Positions 58,601 through 64,000 of a DNA stretch of 64,000 bases are shown here, in pieces. A model generated the notes under the pieces. That model was not told the origin of the DNA, did not search any database, and saw only the letters and a program-made list of their open reading frames with translations. The stretch comes from Schmidtea polychroa. Lineage: Eukaryota. A program made the position numbers and the translations under genes. Every line of letters begins with the position of its first letter. The first letter of the stretch is position 1. The stretch is taken from assembly GCA_044892525.1 (NCBI GenBank), contig CM097885.1, positions 189,720,001 to 189,784,000 on the forward strand. The letters run 5' to 3'.

Positions 58601-61243
58601 GAAATTGTACCAGAATGGGCCGATATAACCAATAAATACCAAGTATTGGGCAAACTAATGTTAGTAGCAGAAAGATATGCGAAAGGACGAAGATATGCCG
58701 AAGGATTACAAATACCGACTCAAATATATGAACTAATCCGGAGATTACCAATCATGTTCCTAACAAGTGATTTGAGTAATAACTGGCCAATCCATCATGC
58801 AGTGAAAGCAGGACAAGAAAAACGAGCTTTAGAGATTATACGAATAATGGAAAACTGCAAACAATCAACAAACGTCAAAAACAGTAAAGGAAAAACTCCA
58901 CTGATGAAAGCCATAGCAATAGGCGCATCAAGAGATGTACTCAGAGAATTATTAAGAACGGGATCCACGTTGAAAGAAAAAGACAACAAACAACGAACCG
59001 TATTACGTTATGCCGTCAGGTCAAAAAGACCTAGTATAGTGAACTTTATCACAGGAAATGCAACAACCGAAGAAGCCGAGGTGTTGGGACAGAGCATTGA
59101 ACCAATTCTGGAAGCCATCAGAGGAAACTTAGACAGAACCGCAGCAATGTTAATCAAATGGAAACAAAACGAATTAAGAGCGGAAGTAATTGATATAAAT
59201 CAATTCCAAAACAACGAAAATATCGTACTAAGAAGCGCCATATACTCAAGACCACCAATGCCAAAAACCATTAAAGCAATATTACAAAGAAATAGAGCAG
59301 AATTGACAGGTAATTGGTGGAAATGCACAAAAGCACATACGATGAAAAAGCAACTAGAAATACTAGTGTGGGAATGGCACCGAAAACAACGGAAATATCA
59401 AGGAACCAAAGAAGAACGAGAAAGTATCCACAATGATAAAAAAGAGATAATTAAAAAATACGAAGAGATGATCAAAGCGACAAATGTCGAGGACGACATT
59501 TTTGGGAAAACCCCGGGTGAGAGGAATGACGACGATGACGACGACGAAAGGATGGGGGATAACGATAACAACCCAGAGGAAAACGACAGAGAACAAAATC
59601 CGGAGGGCGGAGAAACAACGGATGATGATGAGGAGTTGGAAGAAGACGAAGATGACCAATGTCGAGGTGAAGATCAAGGATTCGACAAAACAGAAAACAA
59701 AAAACGAAAGTCCCCACTACATAGCATAGTGTTTCGAAATCAAATCCAGCCAATCCTACTACAAAGAATATTTATAATATTAACATCTATCTGCTTAACG
59801 GAAACAAAAAATATGAGAATCGTAAGAGAAGCTTTCCAAGAAGGCGAAGTATTTATGATAAAAGTCAGTGATTACGACGGTAACGCCGTCGGAATATGTG
59901 TGCAACTAATGGAAGGAACAGGAGTAAGTTGTGATTTCAGATCGATAACAAAAGGAAAGATCTTTAGTAGCCAAAAAAGAGACCCCAGGCTATGCGGAGA
60001 TTATGACATCTGTAGGGACATAACAACAGAGGAAATGGAACTAGAAAGAGCCAATGAAACCGGAGTACATTTTCAACTTAACATTCTGGAAGAAGGTATC
60101 GAAATAGAGGATAAAGGGAGTCGATCAATTACACATGTATGCATCAGAGAAGACAGAGATATATGCATAGTAACTGATATGACACAGGATCACAAATTCT
60201 TCTGGGGAGAGGTCAAACCAAATACCCCTACTGTGGTATGCGCAGGAACACAAGGGATAGTAGTGTGTAAAGGAACAAGAACTGCACCAAGAAAAGACAA
60301 ACCAAGGAGTATGGCAATTAAACAAGGTCCATTGACGGAGAAAACAACCAAGAAGCCCAAGAAATCAGTTAGTACAAAAACAACAACAGAGCTAAATCGA
60401 AGCGAATTAATAACAACAACAACATGGATTAACGAAGTAATTAAAGACGAAAGACGGGAAGTGCAGATAACTATTAACCTCAACAAGAAAGGTGAAGAGG
60501 TAATTACAGTCAAAAACCAAGAAGGAGAACCAATCATAAGGATATGTGTAATGGATAAGACGGGAATAATCGACTGTACAACAACACCGATAGACAAAGG
60601 TACAGACGTTAAAATGGAGACAGGGAAACGGAAAGAACGATACCAAGTATGTATCCTTAAGAAAGGAAGAGGAGCCAGCGTATGTCAACCAATAACTCGA
60701 CAAAAACCCCAATTAATAAACATACCGTGGATACCCCGAGATCAGGAAGGGGGAGAGAAACGGGAAAATCACAGTCACCTAACAGAAAAAGAGAAGGAAC
60801 GATTACATCAAGCATTCAAGAAAATCAAAGCACCAGAAACAAACACCACAGGTAGTACAATATTAACGACAGTAAAAACAAATAATGGAACAACGATAAT
60901 CACAAAGATGATATGGATAACTAGCGCGATAGTAAGCACGATAATAGCGTTAGCAATGATTCAGTGGATAAGAACCACCAAAAGATGTAAACAAAAACCG
61001 GGAAACCGAAGAAAATGGCCCAAAGTGGAAAAATTTGAATACGGTATTCCAACCGAGAATCTGAATCTAGAAGAATACGAGGTGGTAGAGGACCCCGGAT
61101 CCAGTGGATTGTGGATGTCGGAACTACCAAGAATACCCACACCCAACGAATGGACACACGAAGTCGATATATACCGATTAACGGACGAAAGATATGGGGG
61201 GATGCGCACGTTGCATTCCGGCCCCATGGCGACACTGGTATAA
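55658..61243 (+). CDS. pol: Giant polyprotein part 2: RT, RNase H, integrase, ankyrin repeats, acidic tract, signal peptide/ectodomain/TM
   Basis: Frame open from 55658; YIDD 56243-56254; LATDASG; HDGKLGGH...CLIC; MDVVGP, TDQG, NGQTER; ANK GKTPLMKAI 58778-59160; TM MIWITSAIVSTIIALAMIQWI about 60907-60970. Confidence 0.92.
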   Translation, partial: RTLNEDEKEQLRQLLIEFKDIFAASDLDLGTSDVTQHIIPLTDETPITLRPYRLAEAQKTVAEEEVQKMLDAGVIEPSCSPWQFPVVMVKKKDGTQRFCIDYRRLNAVTKRDTYPLPDINEMLQMLHGAAYFTSLDLKSGYWQIKVKEEDREKTAFTIGKDLYQFKKMPFGLTNAPASFQRCMNFVTHGIKQCMVYIDDLLIYSGTFEQHLIDIRNIFIRLKQWKLKLKPSKCDWAKERVTFLGHIVSAKGKEPDPRNVEKIKNCPIPKTVTQVQEFLGLCGYYRKFIKNYATIAKPIQELTKKDTPFLWEREQQIAFESLRDKLIASPILIHPDFKKPFLLATDASGYASGAVLGQWDEEKRERVIGYYSKTFKKHEKNYSVTEREALAIIQAIKHFKYLLWGHEIIITTDHQPLVWLGQHKEASSRLMRWAMQLQEYSPYIKFKSGKANANADCMSRFVFEELMDHDVRRICMIIAEDIDFTNLRNEQKEDSELKLIIEFLDKNDMKIFNNEDRLKEHMEKNRHRYTIEKEWLLVMDGDKRLMCLPESRRKEIMIQYHDGKLGGHMSAKKTEARLKQKYYWPNMSDDVKEWIKNCLICATRKTTGSKLKPPLKPMPIPPEPMTMIAMDVVGPLPETNSGNVYILVITDYLTKFPEAFAMPDQKARTVARILVEEICCRYGTPKQILTDQGTNFMSEIINEVTNYFRIAKLRTSPYHPQTNGQTERFNGILIDMMSNYVSKHQKDWDEYIKLCLMAYRMSIHSATKMSPFKLMYGRECNMPMDLEYQPPISQYMEIDDYVTKFKERMQEIWKTAGMNIRFNQESYKELHDKKKNVQNHQFKVGDWVIIETPELIPGTAKKLQRNGRGPYEIIHVNENNARVKLVNNPLIRPIYVNTCRCKAVAKTATKDPETRRIITRSQTNATTEPEVSGRLTRSQTRRIFMLRGETSSSAHKGTEAESEADAMARSQATWNMTVKIAREIVPEWADITNKYQVLGKLMLVAERYAKGRRYAEGLQIPTQIYELIRRLPIMFLTSDLSNNWPIHHAVKAGQEKRALEIIRIMENCKQSTNVKNSKGKTPLMKAIAIGASRDVLRELLRTGSTLKEKDNKQRTVLRYAVRSKRPSIVNFITGNATTEEAEVLGQSIEPILEAIRGNLDRTAAMLIKWKQNELRAEVIDINQFQNNENIVLRSAIYSRPPMPKTIKAILQRNRAELTGNWWKCTKAHTMKKQLEILVWEWHRKQRKYQGTKEERESIHNDKKEIIKKYEEMIKATNVEDDIFGKTPGERNDDDDDDERMGDNDNNPEENDREQNPEGGETTDDDEELEEDEDDQCRGEDQGFDKTENKKRKSPLHSIVFRNQIQPILLQRIFIILTSICLTETKNMRIVREAFQEGEVFMIKVSDYDGNAVGICVQLMEGTGVSCDFRSITKGKIFSSQKRDPRLCGDYDICRDITTEEMELERANETGVHFQLNILEEGIEIEDKGSRSITHVCIREDRDICIVTDMTQDHKFFWGEVKPNTPTVVCAGTQGIVVCKGTRTAPRKDKPRSMAIKQGPLTEKTTKKPKKSVSTKTTTELNRSELITTTTWINEVIKDERREVQITINLNKKGEEVITVKNQEGEPIIRICVMDKTGIIDCTTTPIDKGTDVKMETGKRKERYQVCILKKGRGASVCQPITRQKPQLINIPWIPRDQEGGEKRENHSHLTEKEKERLHQAFKKIKAPETNTTGSTILTTVKTNNGTTIITKMIWITSAIVSTIIALAMIQWIRTTKRCKQKPGNRRKWPKVEKFEYGIPTENLNLEEYEVVEDPGSSGLWMSELPRIPTPNEWTHEVDIYRLTDERYGGMRTLHSGPMATLV

Positions 61244-61389
61244 CAAGAGGAGGAGCTGTTGTAAATAATGTATAAATGGAATGATAAAAGTAGTGATAAT
61301 AGTAGTATGTACAAAATAAAAATAGAAAAATTAAAACAATATGTAGAAAAATCAAAAACAAGTATGATGACCATGTATTATAAATAGGA

Positions 61390-61819
61390 ATGAACCAGAG
61401 AAACGAAGAGCAGGAACACCCAAATGGGATACCACATGTTGTTGAAGTAAGAGAACAGCCGCTTATGAATGTACATCCAGTAGACATGATGGAAATGAAC
61501 GTGCCAAACCAGCCGAGTCAGCCAACAGGATCCATGTGGAGGGCACAGTGTGAATTAATGACCCAATTGACAAATCAGACTCAAGAGCACTGGGTACGAA
61601 ACCAAACGGCGTTGATAGAGAGTATTAATAGAAATACAACACCAAATAATCGCGCAACTGGAATATAATAACAATCAGTTAATAAGCCAAATCAGATGGC
61701 AAGCGGAAGAAATTAGAAGGTTGCATGAAAATCGACAACATGATGAGATTGCCAGTTTAGTCGAGTGGATGACCGGACTGCCAGGAACTGAAGAACCGGA
61801 CTCGACGGTAGATGTATAG
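61390..61819 (+). CDS. Orphan ~142-aa ORF with probable +1 frameshift near 61617
   Basis: Track ORF 61390-61668; the +1 frame is open 61619-61819 (RVLIEIQHQIIAQLEY...DSTVDV*) and ends at the same post-stop motif as neighbouring genes. Confidence 0.5.
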
Positions 61820-61908
61820 GAGAGAAAGGAGTGAAATGTAAATAATCCTGTAAATAAATAGAGTTATAATCAAGTAGAAATCCCAAGATTAAAAATCATC
61901 ATTGTAGA

Positions 61909-63332
61909 ATGCAAAACAAAGCGGAAGAGAACCGGAGAGAAGCAGAGGAACAAAAGATTAACTATGAATTGATGAGAAAATATCAAGCCAAGCCGGACGA
62001 GTTCGAAGAGAGGCTATTATGTGCCGATGCAGCATGTAGAAGACTACTGATTGGAGCAAGTCAAACTCGATGCGGGTGTAGATTATGCCGAGGGTGTGAT
62101 ATAAGATTAGCCAAGCTAAAGAGAGAAACTTGTCCAGGATGTGGAGAAGCATTTAAGTTGGTTCCCACTGGTACAATACCGGATAGAGCAATGAACCGAG
62201 AAATCAGAGAAGTGAAAATAAGATGCACCCAAAGGTCATGCGAATGGACAGGTCGAGTAAAGGAGTTAAGAGCCCATACAGACGTATGCGAATATTTAGA
62301 ATTGGAATGCGAAGCATGCACGGTAAAGTTTTTACGAAAAGAGAAAACCAAACATAAAGGGGAATGCGAAGCGCGAACGGAAAAATGCGAATTTTGCGGA
62401 GAAACTGCTAATTGGAGAGAAATCGAAATGGAACATCGAAACGCAGTAGAAAGACGGATTTGCGACGAATATACAGGGAGATGCCCAAACGAGTGTGGAG
62501 AAATTAACAACGTCAGTTAAATGAACATTGGGAGATATGCACGAGAAAAGCAATAAAATACCCAATGGTGACATTCGACTGTAGAGCACAATTACCAGCA
62601 GAAGAAATGAAGAAGCATGTGGAGGAGAACACATTCGAACACATGCAAAAGATGATGAGAGCAATAGAGTTAACAGCAAGAGCAATTGAAGACGTCAAAG
62701 ACGAACTCAAATCACATAAAATCATGATAAAAGAAATGCTGAGCTCACAGGAAAGCTTCGAAAATACGAGAGAAGCCGTAACACAAAGGATGTTGAAATT
62801 AGACGACAAATTAGTCGAAGTAACTAAATTACAAACCAAATGGACTACAAAGGAACTGACAACAGAGGAACTACCAATACTACCATACATGTGGAAAATC
62901 CAAGGAATAACGGAAATAATGGAGCGAGCAAAGCAAGGAATCCAGACAACGATAGTGAGCAAACCATTCTACGCCAAGAAACATGGATACAAGATGAAAT
63001 TGAGATGGTTTCCAAATGGAGAGGGAAAGTTTAAAGATCGGTGCGTGTCCATATATATGCAAATTTGTAAAGGAGATTTTGACGACCTAATAGCATGGCC
63101 ATTCCGACATAGATTAAAAATATCTCTCTTAGGATCAAAAAAGACACATATAATGTGCTGTCGAGCATCCAGTCCAGCATGGAATAAACCGATTACAGAG
63201 GTTAATCCTGCGGTAGGAGTAGCAGAGTTTATGCAGCTATACCAATTTAATGAAGGGTCCTACATAGAAAAGGATACTATATTCTTCCTAATCGAACTAG
63301 ACGAGGAAGGACCAACAATAGAAATACGATAG
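61909..63332 (+). CDS. Intronless full-length TRAF-like protein (RING, TRAF zinc fingers, coiled coil, MATH), split by a 1-nt frameshift near 62506
   Basis: C-x4-C-x11-CGC-x2-C-x2-C...CPGC; CPNECGEI continues in the -1 frame as QRQLNEHWEIC...MKKHVEEN; MATH WKIQG...FYAKKHGYKMKLRWFPNG...KGDFDDLIAWPF; ~474 aa if repaired. Confidence 0.88.
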
Positions 63333-63472
63333 ACGGATAGAGGGGAACTGTAAATATTTTGTAAAAACGATGTAAAGTAAATATAAAGTTATTGTATACA
63401 GTAAAGTAACTTGCCAAAACCATAAAAATTAGAAAAAGAAAATGTAAAAAGAAATGATGAAATTTATTATAG

Positions 63473-64000
63473 ATGATTAATCAAGAGAGACCGAATATCC
63501 GAAAGAAAACGATCACAATGAGAGAGGAAGAGGACAATATGTCACCTAGAGAAAGAGTGAAGGATGCGGAAGTCAGCAAAACAAAACCAAGTAGTTACAC
63601 ATATTATCGAAGAATGGGAAACGATTATAATTTGGTACATGAAAATTTGAAACTGGGAGATAATGAACAATTCAGATGTGAGAAGCAGAGATATCTGTCA
63701 TTTGAACATCAGACCATTTTCACCAAGGAACAGAGCCGAGCGCTAGCACGCGACGGTATTTTCTTCTCCGGAAAACCAGAGATACCCGATCAAGTAACGT
63801 GTCGTTTCTGTAAAGGGAAATTAGCAGAATGGAAAAAAGGAGAACACCCAAAGGAGGAACATCGTAGACGATTTCCAACTTGTCTATTCGTACTGGGATT
63901 TGATGTACACAACAAACCGGAAATCAAATACGAAGCCTTGGAGAAATTGAAAACTGAAGACGAAAAAGGAGGGAAAATGAGCATCGCGATAACCAGAATC
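63473..64000 (+). CDS. BIR-domain (IAP-like) protein, 3'-truncated by the window; absent from the ORF track
   Basis: 176 open codons; EKQRYLSF...LARDGIFFSG...DQVTCRFCKGKLAEWKKGEHPKEEHRRRFPTC = CX2CX16HX6C BIR at about 63680-63892. Confidence 0.9.
   Translation, partial: MINQERPNIRKKTITMREEEDNMSPRERVKDAEVSKTKPSSYTYYRRMGNDYNLVHENLKLGDNEQFRCEKQRYLSFEHQTIFTKEQSRALARDGIFFSGKPEIPDQVTCRFCKGKLAEWKKGEHPKEEHRRRFPTCLFVLGFDVHNKPEIKYEALEKLKTEDEKGGKMSIAITRI

Larger units (their letters stand above)
38527..64000 (+). mobile_element. Giant (>25 kb, runs off the window) Ty3/Gypsy LTR retrotransposon with env-like and captured host-signalling genes; Burro-like
   Basis: tRNA-Pro PBS at 43327, gag/PR/RT/RH/IN in Gypsy order, A-rich plus strand; left boundary inferred from TGTA at 38527 matching TACA at 43319-43322 and the switch to A-rich composition. 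Confidence 0.85.

Noticed and set aside
46563-63062. Dozens of Leu/Phe/Ser-rich minus-strand ORFs opposite the giant element
   Set aside because: Antisense shadows of a strongly A-rich coding strand; no motifs

Overview
AT-rich, gapped eukaryotic (animal) genomic DNA; composition and repeat content suggest a planarian flatworm, which is an inference. Two spliced host genes are supported: a double-domain EF-hand/sarcoplasmic calcium-binding protein (exons 1094-1925, 1979-2190, 10804-10944) and a SERINC gene (exons 16085-16858, 18120-18422, 33497-33817). Their introns and flanks carry hAT, Tc1/mariner and Helitron non-autonomous elements, a Penelope-like fragment, two decayed Gypsy elements, and one young 4.8-kb Gypsy element with identical LTRs, a -1 frameshift signal and a deletion of the RT active site. 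The last ~25 kb (about 38527 to beyond 64000) is one giant Ty3/Gypsy LTR element resembling the planarian 'Burro' giants. It has an inferred ~4.8-kb 5' LTR containing ORFs, a tRNA-Pro PBS, a RING ORF upstream of gag, and an apparently single ~4,700-aa polyprotein. The polyprotein order is Gag, two ubiquitin-like domains, MATH, Bcl-2-like, chuvirus-type fusion glycoprotein, PR, RT, RH, IN, ankyrin repeats and a second membrane protein. Downstream lies a compact cassette of an orphan ORF, a full TRAF-like gene and a BIR/IAP gene. Read directly from the sequence: a recurring [KR]I[NCF][ML][MLI] motif at domain junctions (candidate protease site), a TAG splice acceptor 0-2 nt before five accessory ATGs, and a purine-rich tract plus TGTAAATA 17-18 nt after three consecutive stops. 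These point to a virus-like, membrane-threaded polyprotein and an operon-like anti-apoptotic/NF-kB cassette.
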